Assembly: GCF_964355755.1 (NCBI RefSeq)
Contig: NC_092679.1
Coordinates: forward strand, 9,578,201 to 9,642,200
Reading direction: 5' to 3'
DNA from: Antedon mediterranea
Taxonomy: Eukaryota > Animalia > Echinodermata
DNA: 64,000 nt
Below are positions 1 through 12,100 of the stretch, one piece after another; position 1 is the first letter of the stretch, and each line of letters begins with the position of its first letter. The position numbers and the translations under genes are program-made. The notes under the pieces were generated by a model. That model searched no databases and was not told where the DNA came from. It worked only from the letters and a program-made list of their open reading frames with translations.

Positions 1-2518
1 AATGGTCTAAAACGTCTCCAAATGCGATTTGAAGCTAATCTTAGCACATTGGTGTTTTTATGTTAACAAGTTTTTTCGAAAATCACAAAATGGTCTAAAA
101 CGACTCCAAATGCGATTTGAAGCTATTCTGTATACTTTTGTGTTTTTATGTTAACAAGTTTTTTCGAAAATCACAAAATGGTCTAAAACGTCTCCAATAG
201 CGATTTGAAGCTTTTTTGTACACTTTGGTGTTTTTATGTTAACAAGTTTTTTCGAAAATCACAAAATGGTCTAAAACGTCTCCAAATGCGATTTGAAGCT
301 ATTCTGTACACTTTGATGTTTTTATGTTAACTAGTTTTTTCGAAAATCACAAAATGGTCTAAAACGTCTACAAATGCGATTTGAAGCTATTCTGTACACT
401 TTGATGTTTTTATGTTAACAAGTTTTTTCGAAAATCACAAAATGGTCTAAAACGTTTCCAAATGCGATTTGAAGCTATTCTGTACACTTTGATGTTTTGT
501 GTGAAAATTTTCTGTCGAAATGCTCAAAATGGTCAAAAACGTTTTTAAATACGATATTAAGCTACTTTGTGCTCTTTGATGTTTTTGTGTGAAATGTTTT
601 ATCGAAATGCTCAAAATGGTCTAAAACGGTTTCTAATGTGATTTCAAGCACTTTGATGTTTTTGTATAACCAAGTTTTTTCGAAAATCACAAAATGGTCT
701 AAAACGTCTCCAAATGCGATTTGAAGCTATTTTAAGCACTTTGGTGTTTTTGTGTTAACAAGTTTTTCGAAAAGCTCAAAATGGTCTAAAACGTTTTTAA
801 ACACGATATTAAGCTATTTTGTGCTCTTTGATGTTTTTTTGTGAAAAGTTTTAGCGAAATGCTCAAAATGGTCTAAAACGATTTCTAATGTGATTTTAAG
901 CACTTTGATGTTTTTATGTTAACTAGTTTTTTCAAAAATCACAAAATGGTCTAAAACGTCTCCAAATGTGATTTGAAGCTATTCTAAGCACTTTGGTGTT
1001 TTTATGTTAACAGTTTTTTCGAAAATCACAAAATGGTCTAAAACGTTTCCAAATGCGATTTGAAGCTATTCTGTACACTTTGATGTTTTTATGGTAACAA
1101 GTCTTTTAGAAAATCACAAAATGGTCTAAAACATCTCCAAATGCGATTTAAAGCTATTTTAAGCAGTTTTGTGTTTTTGTGTAACCAAGTTTTTTCGAAA
1201 ATCACAAAAGGGTCTAAAATGTCTCTAAATGCGATTTGAAGCTACTCTAAGCACTTTGGTGTTTTTATGTTAACAAGTTTTTTTCGAAAATCAATAAATG
1301 GTCTAAAATGTCTCCAAATGCGATTTGAAGCTATTCTGTACACTTTGCTGTTTTGTGTGAAAAATGTTTGTCGAAATCCTCAAAATGGTCAAAAACGTTT
1401 TTAAATACGATATTAAGCTATTTTGTGCTCTTTGATGTTTTTGTGTGAAAAGTTTTATCGAAATACTCAAAATGGTCTAAAACGGTTTCTAATGTGATTT
1501 TAAGCACTTTGATGTTTTTGTGTAACCAAGTTTTTTCGAAAATCACAAAATGGTCTAAAATGTCTCCAAATGCGATTTGAAGCTATTCTAAGCACTTTGG
1601 TGTTTTTATGGAAACAATTTTTTCCGAAAATCACAAAATGGTCTAAAACGTCTCCAATAGCAATTTGAAGCTTTTCTGTACACTTTGGTGTTTTTATGTT
1701 AACATGTTTTTTCGAAAATCACAACATGGTCTAAAACGTCTCCAAATGCGATTTGAAGCTATTCTGTACACTTTGATGTTTTTATGTTAACAAGTTTTTT
1801 ATAAAATCACAAAATGGTCTAAAACGTCTCCAAATGCGATTTGAAGCTATTCTGTACACTTTGATGTTTTTATGTTAACAAGTTTTTTCGAAAATCACAA
1901 AAGGGTCTAAAATGTCTCTAAATGCGATTTGAAGCTATTCTAAGCACTTTGGTGTTTTTATGTTAACAAGTTTTTTCGAAAATCACAAAATGGTCTAAAA
2001 CGTCTCCAAATGCGATTTGAAGCTATTCTAAGCACTTTGGTGTTTTTATGTTAACAAGTTTTTTCGAAAATCACAAAATGGTCTAAAACGTCTCCAAATG
2101 CGATTTGAAGCTATTCTAAGCACTTTGGTGTTTTTATGTTAACAAGTTTTTTCGAAAATCACAAAATGGTCTAAAACGTCTCCAAATGCGATTTGAAGCT
2201 ATTCTAAGCACTTTGGTGTTTTTATGTTAACAAGTTTTTTCGAAAATCACAAAATGGTCTAAAACGTCTCCAAATGCGATTTGAAGCTATTTTAAGCACT
2301 TTGGTGCTTTTGTGTAACCAAGTTTTTTCGAAAATCACGAAATGGTCTAAAACGTCTCCAAATGCGATTTGAAGCTATTCTAAGCACTTTGGTGTTTTTA
2401 CGTTAACAAGTTTTTTCGAAATTCACAAAATGGTCTAAAACGTCTCCAAATGCGATTTGAAGCTATTCTGTACACTTTGATGTTTTTATGTTAACAAGTT
2501 TTTTCGAAAATCACAAAA

Positions 2519-2770
2519 TGGTCTAAAACGTTTCCAAATGCGATTTGAAGCTATTCTGTACACTTTGATGTTTTGTGTGAAAATTTTCTGTCGAAATGCT
2601 CAAAATGGTCAAAAACGTTTTTAAATACGATATTAAGCTACTTTGTGCTCTTTGATGTTTTTGTGTGAAATGTTTTATCGAAATGCTCAAAATGGTCTAA
2701 AACGGTTTCTAATGTGATTTCAAGCACTTTGATGTTTTTGTGTAACCAAGTTTTTCGAAAATCACAAAAT
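2519..2770. repeat. Representative divergent cassette X (three monomers ending in a 77-bp short monomer)
   Basis: Fixed order: ...GTGTGAAAATTTTCTGTCGAAATGCTC / GGTCAAAAACGTTTTTAAATACGATATTAAGCTACTTTGTGCTC / CGGTTTCTAATGTGATTTCAAGC. About 45 occurrences by eye (e.g. 531, 2607, 3386, 6408 ... 63977). Confidence 0.9.
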
Positions 2771-3161
2771 TGTCTAAAACGTCTCCAAATGCGATTTGAA
2801 GCTATTCTGTACACTTTGATGTTTTTATGTTAACAAGTTTTTCGAAAATCACAAAATGGTCTAAAACGTCTCCAAATGCGATTTTAAGCTATTCTAAGCA
2901 CTTTGGTGTTTTTATGTTAACAAGTTTTTTTGAAAATCACAAAATGGTCTAAAACGTCTCTAAATGCGATTTGAAGCTTTTCTGTACACTTTAATGTTTT
3001 TATGTTTAACAACTTTTTTCGAAAATCACAAAATGGTCTAAAATGTCTCCAAATGCGATTTGAAGCTATTCTAAGCACTTTGGTGTTTTTATGGAAACAA
3101 TTTTTTTCGAAAATCACAAAATGGTCTAAAACGTCTCCAATAGCGATTTGAAGCTTTTCTG

Positions 3162-6100
3162 TACACTTTAGTGTTTTTATGTTAACAAGTTTTTTCGAAA
3201 ATCACAAAATGGTCTAAAACGTCTCCAAATGCGATTTGAAGCTAATCTGTACACTTTGATGTTTTTATGTTAACAAGTTTTTTCGAAAATCACAAAATGG
3301 TCTAAAACGTTTCCAAATGCGATTTGAAGCTATTCTGTACACTTTGATGTTTTGTGTGAAAATTTTCTGTCGAAATGCTCAAAATGGTCAAAAACGTTTT
3401 TAAATACGATATTAAGCTACTTTGTGCTCTTTGATGTTTTTGTGTGAAATGTTTTATCGAAATGCTCAAAATGGTCTAAAACGGTTTCTAATGTGATTTC
3501 AAGCACTTTGATGTTTTTGTGTAACCAAGTTTTTCGAAAATCACAAAATTGTCTAAAACGTCTCCAAATGCGATTTGAAGCTATTCTGTACACTTTGATG
3601 TTTTTATGTTAACAAGTTTTTCGAAAATCACAAAATGGTCTAAAACGTCTCCAAATGCGATTTGAAGCTATTCTAAGCACTTTGGTGTTTTTATGTTAAC
3701 AAGTTTTTTCGAAAATCACAAAATGGTCTAAACCGTCTCCAAATGCGATTTGAAGCTATTTTAAGCACTTTGGTGCTTTTGTGTAACCAAGTTTTTTCGA
3801 AAATCACGAAATGGTCTAAAACGTCTCCAAATGCGATTTGAAGCTATTCTAAGCACTTTGGTGTTTTTACGTTAACAAGTTTTTTCGAAATTCACAAAAT
3901 GGTCTAAAACGTCTCCAAATGCGATTTGAAGCTATTCTGTACACTTTGATGTTTTTATGTTAAGTTTTTTCGAAAATCACAAAATGGTCTAAAACGTTTC
4001 CAAATGCGATTTGAAGCTATTCTGTACACTTTGATGTTTTGTGTGAAAATTTTCTGTCGAAATGCTCAAAATGGTCAAAAACGTTTTTAAATACGATATT
4101 AAGCTACTTTGTGCTCTTTGATGTTTTTTTGTGAAATGTTTTATCGAAATGCTCAAAATGGTCTAAAACGGTTTCTAATGTGATTTCAAGCACTTTGATG
4201 TTTTTGTGTAACCAAGTTTTTCGAAAATCACAAAATTGTCTAAAACGTCTCCAAATGCGATTTGAAGCTATTCTGTACACTTTGGTGTTTTTATGTTAAC
4301 AAGTTTTTTCGAAAATCACAAAATGGTCTAAAACGTCTCCAAATGCGATTTAAAGCTATTTTAAGCACTTTTGTGTTTTTGTGTAACCAAGTTTTTTCGA
4401 AAATCACAAAAGGGTCTAAAATGTATGTAAATGCGATTTGAAGCTATTTAAAGCACTTTGGTGTTTTTAGGTTAACAAGTTTTTTCGAAAATCACAAAAT
4501 GGTCTAAAACGTCTACAAATGCGATTTGAAGCTATTCTAAGCACTTTTGTGTTTTTATGTTAACAAGTTTTTTCGAAAATCACAAAATGGTCTAAAATGT
4601 CTCGAAATGCGATTTGAAGCTATTCTAAGCACTTTGGTGTTTTTATGGAAACAATTTTTTTCGAAAATCACAAAATGGTCTAAAACGTCTCCAATAGCGA
4701 TTTGAAGCTTTTCTGTACACTTTGGTGTTTTTATGTTAACAAGTTTTTTCGAAAATCACAAAATGGTCTAAAACGTCTCCAAATGCGATTTGAAGCTATT
4801 CTGTACACTTTGATGTTTTTATGTTAACAAGTTTTTTCGAAAATCACAAAATGGTCTAAAACGTCTACAAATGCGATTTGAAGCTATTCTAAGCACTTTT
4901 GTGTTTTTATGTTAACAAGTTTTTTCGAAAATAACAAAATGGTCTAAAATGTCTGCAAATGCGATTTGAAGCTATTCTTAGCACATTGGTGTTTTTATTT
5001 AAACAAATTTTTTCGAAACTCACAAAATGGTCTAAAACGTCTCCAAATGCGATTTGAAGCTATTTTAAGCACTTTGGTGTTTTTGTGTTAACAAGTTTTT
5101 TGAAAAGCTCAAAATGGTCTAAAACGTTTTTAAACACGATATTAAGCTATTTTGTGCTCTTTGATGTTTTTTTGTGAAAAGTTTTAGCGAAATGCTCAAA
5201 ATGGTCTAAAACGATTTCTAATGTGATTTTAAGCACTTTGATGTTTTTATGTTAACTAGTTTTTTCGAAAATCACAAAATGGTCTAAAACGTCTCCAAAT
5301 GTGATTTGAAGCTATTCTAAGCACTTTGGTGTTTTTATGTTAACAGTTTTTTCGAAAATCACAAAATGGTCTAAAACGTTTCCAAATGCGATTTGAAGCT
5401 ATTCTGTACACTTTGATGTTTTTATGTTAACAAGTTTTTTCGAAAATCACAAAATGGTCTAAAACGTCTACAAATGCAATTTGAAGCTATTCTAAGCACT
5501 TTTGTGTTTTTATGTTAACAAGTTTTTTCGAAAATCACAAAATGGTCTAAAACGTCTGCAAATGCGATTTGAAACTATTCTTAGCACATTGGTGTTTTTA
5601 TTTAAACAAATTTTTTCGAAACTCACAAAATGGTCTAAAACGTCTCCAAATGCGATTTGAAGCTATTTTAAGCACTTTGGTGTTTTTGTGTTAACAAGTT
5701 TTTCGAAATGCTCAAAATGGTCTAAAACGTTTTTAAACACGATATTAAGCTATTTGTGCTCTTTGATGTTTTTTTGTGAAAAGTTTTAGCAAAATGCTCA
5801 AAATGGTCTAAAACGATTTCTAATGTGATTTTAAGCACTTTGATGTTTTTATGTTAACTAGTTTTTTCGAAAATCACAAAATGGTCTAAAACGTCTCCAA
5901 ATGCGATTTGAAGCTATTTTAAGCACTTAGGTGCTTTTGTGTAACCAAGTTTTTTTGAAAATCACAAAAGGGTCTAAAATGTCTCCAAATGTGATTTGAA
6001 GCTATTTTAAGCACTTTGGTGTTTTTGTGTTAACAAGTTTTTCGAAAATCACAAAATTGTCTAAAACGTCTCCAAATGCGATTTGAAGCTATTCTGTACA

Positions 6101-9100
6101 CTTTGATGTTTTTATGTTAACAAGTTTTTTAGAAAATCACAAAATGGTCTAAAACATCTCCAAATGTGATTTAAAGCTATTTTAAGCACTTTGGTGTTTT
6201 TATGTTAACAAGTTTTTTCGAAAATCACAAAATGGTCTAAAACGTCTCCAAATGCGATTTGAAGCTATTTTAAGCACTTTGGTGTTTTTGTGTTAACAAG
6301 TTTTTCGAAATGCTCAAAATGGTCTAAAACGTTTACAAATGCGATTTGAAGCTATTCTGTACACTTTGATGTTTTGTGTGAAAATTTTCTGTCGAAATGC
6401 TCAAAATGGTCAAAAACGTTTTTAAATACGATATTAAGCTACTTTGTGCTCTTTGATGTTTTTGTGTGAAATGTTTTATCGAAATGCTCAAAATGGTCTA
6501 AAACGGTTTCTAATGTGATTTCAAGCACTTTGATGTTTTTGTGTAACCAAGTTTTTCGAAAATCACAAAATTGTCTAAAACGTCTCCAAATGCGATTTGA
6601 AGCTATTCTGTACTCTTTGATGTTTTTATGTTAACAAGTTTTTCGAAAATCACAAAATGGTCTAAAACGTCTCCAAATGCAATTTTAAGCTATTCTAAGC
6701 ACTTTGGTGTTTTTATGTTAACAAGTTTTTTTGAAAATCACAAAATGGTCTAAAACGTCTCTAAATGAGATTTGAAGCTTTTCTGTACACTTTGATGTTT
6801 TTATGTTAACAAGTTTTTCGAAAATCACAAAATGGTCTAAAACGTCTCCAAATGCGATTTTAAGCTATTCTAAGCACTTTGGTGTTTTTATGTTAACAAG
6901 TTTTTTTGAAAATCACAAAATGGTCTAAAACGTCTCTAAATGCGATTTGAAGCGTTTCTGTACACTTTGATGATTTTATGTTAACAACTTTTTTCGAAAA
7001 TCACAAAATGGTCTAAAATGTCTCCAAATGCGATTTGAAGCTATTCTAAGCACTTTGGTGTTTTTATGGAAACAATTTTTTTCGAAAATCACAAAATGGT
7101 CTAAAACGTCTCCAATAGCGATTTGAAGCTTTTCTGTACACTTTGGTGTTTTTATGTTAACAAGTTTTTTCGAAAATCACAAAATGGTCTAAAACGTCTC
7201 CAATAGTGATTTGAAGCTATTCTGTACACTTTGGTGTTTTTATGTTAAGTTTTTTCGAAAATCACAAAATGGTCTAAAACGTCTCAAAATGCGATTTGAA
7301 GCTATTCTGTACACTTTGATGTTTTTATGTTAACAAGTTTTTTCGAAAATCACAAAATGGTCTAAAACGTCTACAAATGCAATTTGTAGCTATTCTAAGC
7401 ACTTTTGTGTTTTTATGTTAACAAGTTTTTTCGAAAATCACAAAATGGTCTAAAACGTCTGCAAATGCGATTTGAAACTATTCTTAGCCCATTGGTGTTT
7501 TTATTTAAACAAATTTTTTCGAAACTCACAAAATGGTCTAAAACGTCTCCAAATGCGATTTGAAGCTATTTTAAGCACTTTGGTGTTTTTGTGTTAACAT
7601 GTTTTTCGAAATGCTCAAAATGGTCTAAAACGTTTTTAAACAAGATATAAAGCTATTTTGTGCTCTTTGATGTTTTTTTGTGAAAAGTTTTAGCAAAATG
7701 CTCAAAATGGTCTAAAACGATTTCTAATGTGATTTTAAGCACTTTGATGTTTTTATGTTAACTAGTTTTTTCGAAAATCACAAAATGGTCTAAAACGTCT
7801 CCAAATGCGATTTGAAGCTATTTTAAGCACTTAGGTGCTTTTGTGTAATCAAGTTTTTTTGAAAATCACAAAAGGGTCTAAAATGTCTCCAAATGTGATT
7901 TGAAGCTATTTTAAGCACTTTGGTGTTTTTGTGTTAACAAGTTTTTCGAAAATCACAAAATTGTCTAAAACGTCTCCAAATGCGATTTGAAGCTATTCTG
8001 TACACTTTGATGTTTTTATGTTAACAAGTTTTTTAGAAAATCACAAAATGGTCTAAAACATCTCCAAATGCGATTTAAAGCTATTTTAAGCACTTTGGTG
8101 TTTTTATGTTAACAAGTTTTTTCGAAAATCACAAAATGGTCTAAAACGTCTCCAAATGCGATTTGAAGCTATTTTAAGCACTTTGGTGTTTTTGTGTTAA
8201 CAAGTTTTTCGAAATGCTCAAAATGGTCTAAAACGTTTCCAAATGCGATTTGAAGCTATTCTGTACACTTTGATGTTTTGTGTGAAAATTTTCTGTCGAA
8301 ATGCTCAAAATGGTCAAAAACGTTTTTAAATACGATATTAAGCTACTTTGTGCTCTTTGATGTTTTTGTGTGAAATGTTTTATCGAAATGCTCAAAATGG
8401 TCTAAAACGGTTTCTAATGTGATTTCAAGCACTTTGATGTTTTTTTGTAACCAAGTTTTTCGAAAATCACAAAATTGTCTAAAACGTCTCCAAATGCGAT
8501 TTGAAGCTATTCTGTACACTTTGATGTTTTTATGTTAACAAGTTTTTCGAAAATCACAAAATGGTCTAAAACGTCTCCAAATGCGATTTGAAGCTATTCT
8601 GTACACTTTGATGTTTTTATGTTAACAAGTTTTTCGAAAATCACAAAATGGTCTAAAACGTCTCTAAATGCGATTTGAAGCTTTTCTGTACACTTTGATG
8701 TTTTTATGTTAACAACTTTTTTCGAAAATCACAAAATGGTCTAAAATGTCTCCAAATGCGATTGAAGCTATTCTAAGCACTTTGATGTTTTTATAATAAC
8801 AAGTTTTTTCGAAAATCACAAAATTGTCTAAAACGTCTCCAAATGCGATTTGAAGCTATTCTGTACTCTTTGATGTTTTTATGTTAACACGTTTTTTCGA
8901 AAATCACAAAATGGTCTAAAACGTCTCCAAATGCGATTTTAAGCTATTCTAAGCACTTTGGTGTTTTTATGTTAACAAGTTTTTTTGAAAATCACAAAAT
9001 GGTCTAAAACGTCTCTAAATGCGATTTGAAGCTTTTCTGTACACTTTGATGTTTTTATGTTAACAAGTTTTTTCGAAAATAGCAAAATGGTCTAAAATGT

Positions 9101-12100
9101 CTCCAAATGCGATTTGAAGCTATTCTAAGCACTTTGGTGTTTTTATGAAAACAATTTTTTTCGAAAATCACAAAATGGTCTAAAACGTCTCCAATAGCGA
9201 TTTGAAGCTTTTCTGTACACTTTGGTGTTTTTATGTTAACAAGTTTTTTCGAAAATCACAAAATCGTCTAAAACGTCTCCAAATTCGATTTGAAGCTATT
9301 TTAAGAACTTTGGTGTTTTTATCTTAACAAGTTTTTTCGAAAATCACAAAATGGTCTAAAACGTCTCCAAATGCGATTTGAAGCTATTCTAAGCACTTTG
9401 GTGTTTTTATGTTAACAAGTTTTTTCAAAAATCACAAAACGGTCTAAAACGTCTCCAAATGCGATTTGAAGCTATTCTGTACACTTTGATGTTTTTATGT
9501 TAACAAGTTTTTTCAAAAATCACAAAATGGTCTAAAACGTTTCCAAATGCGATTTGAAGCTATTCTGTACACTTTGATGTTTTGTGTGAAAATTTTCTGT
9601 CGAAATGCTCAAAATGGTCATAAACGTTTTTAAATACGATATTAAGCTACTTTGTGCTCTTTGATGTTTTTGTGTGAAAAGTTTTATCGAAATGCTCAAA
9701 ATGGTCTAAAACGGTTTCTAATGTGATTTCAAGCACTTTGATGTTTTTGTGTAACCAAGTTTTTCGAAAATCACAAAATTGTCTAAAACGTCTCCAAATG
9801 CGATTTGAAGCTATTCTGTACACTTTGATGTTTTTATGTTAACAAGTTTTTTCGAAAATCACAAAAGAGTCTAAAATATCTCGAAATGCGATTTGAAGCT
9901 ATTCTAAGCACTTTGGTGTTTTTATGTTAACAAGTTTTTTCGAAATCACAAAATGGTCTAAAATGTCTCCAAATGCGATTTGAAGCTAATCTTAGCACAT
10001 TGGTGTTTTTATGTTAACAAGTTTTTTCGAAAATCACAAAATGGTCTAAAACGACTCCAAATGCGATTTGAAGCTATTCTGTATACTTTGGTGTTTTTAT
10101 GTTAACAAGTTTTTTCGAAAATCACAAAATGGTCTAGAACGTCTCCAAATGCGATTTGAAGCTATTCTAAGCACTTTGGTGTTTTTATGTTAACAAGTTT
10201 TTTCGAAAATCACAAAATGGTCTAAAACGTCTCCAATAGCGATTTGAAGCTTTTCTGTACACTTTGGTGTTTTTATGTTAACAAGTTTTTTCGAAAATCA
10301 CAAAATGGTCTAAAACGTCTCCAAATGCGATTTGAAGCTATTCTGTACACTTTGATGTTTTTATGTTAACAAGTTTTTTCGAAAATCATAAAATGGTCTA
10401 AAACGTTTCCAAATGCGATTTGAAGCTATTCTGTACACCTTGATGTTTTGTGTGAAAATTTTCTGTCGAAATGCTCAAAATGGTCAAAAACGTTTTTAAA
10501 TACGATATTAAGCTACTTTGTGCTCTTTGATGTTTTTGTGTGAAATGTTTTATCGAAATGCTCAAAATGGTCTAAAACGGTTTCTAATGTGATTTCAAGC
10601 ACTTTGATGTTTTTGTGTAACCAAGTTTTTCGAAAATCACAAAATTGTCTAAAACGTCTCCAAATGCGATTTTAAGCTATTCTAAGCACTTTGGTGTTTT
10701 TATGTTAACAAGTTTTTTTGAAAATCACAAAATGGTCTAAAACGTCTCTAAATGCGATTTGAAGCTTTTCTGTACACTTTAATGTTTTTATGTTTAACAA
10801 CTTTTTTCGAAAATCACAAAATGGTCTAAAATGTCTCCAAATGCGATTTGAAGCTATTCTAAGCACTTTGGTGTTTTTATGGAAACAATTTTTTTCGAAA
10901 ATCACAAAATGGTCTAAAACGTCTCCAATAGCGATTTGAAGCTTTTCTGTACACTTTGGTGTTTTTATGTTAACAAGTTTTTTCGAAAATCACAAAATGG
11001 TCTAAAACGTCTCCAAATGCGATTTGAATCTAATCTGTACACTTTGATGTTTTTATGTTAACAAGTTTTTTCGAAAATCACAAAATGGTCTAAAACGTTT
11101 CCAAATGCGATTTGAAGCTATTCTGTACACTTTGATGTTTTGTGTGAAAATTTTCTGTCGAAATGCTCAAAATGGTCAAAAACGTTTTTAAATACGATAT
11201 TAAGCTACTTTGTGCTCTTTGATGTTTTTGTGTGAAATGTTTTATCGAAATGCTCAAAATGGTCTAAAACGGTTTCTAATGTGATTTCAAGCACTTTGAT
11301 GTTTTTGTGTAACCAAGTTTTTCGAAAATCACAAAATTGTCTAAAACGTCTCCAAATGTGATTTGAAGCTATTCTGTACTCCTTGATGTTTTTATGTTAA
11401 CAAGTTTTTCGAAAATCACAAAATGGTCTAAAACGTCTCCAAATGCGATTTTAAGCTATTCTAACCACTTTGGTGTTTTTATGTTAACAAGTTTTTTTGA
11501 AAATCACAAAATGGTCTAAAACGTCTCTAAATGAGATTTGAAGCTTTTCTGTACACTTTGATGTTTTTATGTTACCAAGTTTTTTCGAAAATCACAAAAT
11601 GGTCTAAAACGTCTCCAATAGCGATTTTAAGCTATTCTGTACACTTTGATGTTTTTATGTTAACAAGTTTTTCGAAAATCACAAAATGGTCTAAAACGTC
11701 TCCAAATGCGATTTTAAGCTATTCTAAGCACTTTGGTGTTTTTATGTTAACAAGTTTTTTTGAAAATCACAAAATGGTCTAAAACGTCTCTAAATGCGAT
11801 TTGAAGCTTTTCTGTACACTTTGATGTTTTTATGTTAACAACTTTTTTCGAAAATCACAAAATGGTCTAAAATGTCTCCAAATGCGATTTGAAGCTATTC
11901 TAAGCACTTTGGTGTTTTTATGGAAACAATTTTTTTCGAAAATCACAAAATGGTCTAAAACGTCTCCAATAGCGATTTGAAGCTTTTCTGTACACTTTGG
12001 TGTTTTTATGTTAACAAGTTTTTTCGAAAATCACAAAATGGTCTAAAACGTCTCCAAATGCGATTTGAAGCTAATCTGTACACTTTGATGTTTTTATGTT

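Noticed and set aside
75-91. CENP-B box at TTCG
   Set aside because: Lacks the downstream A..CGGG of the TTCGnnnnAnnCGGG consensus.
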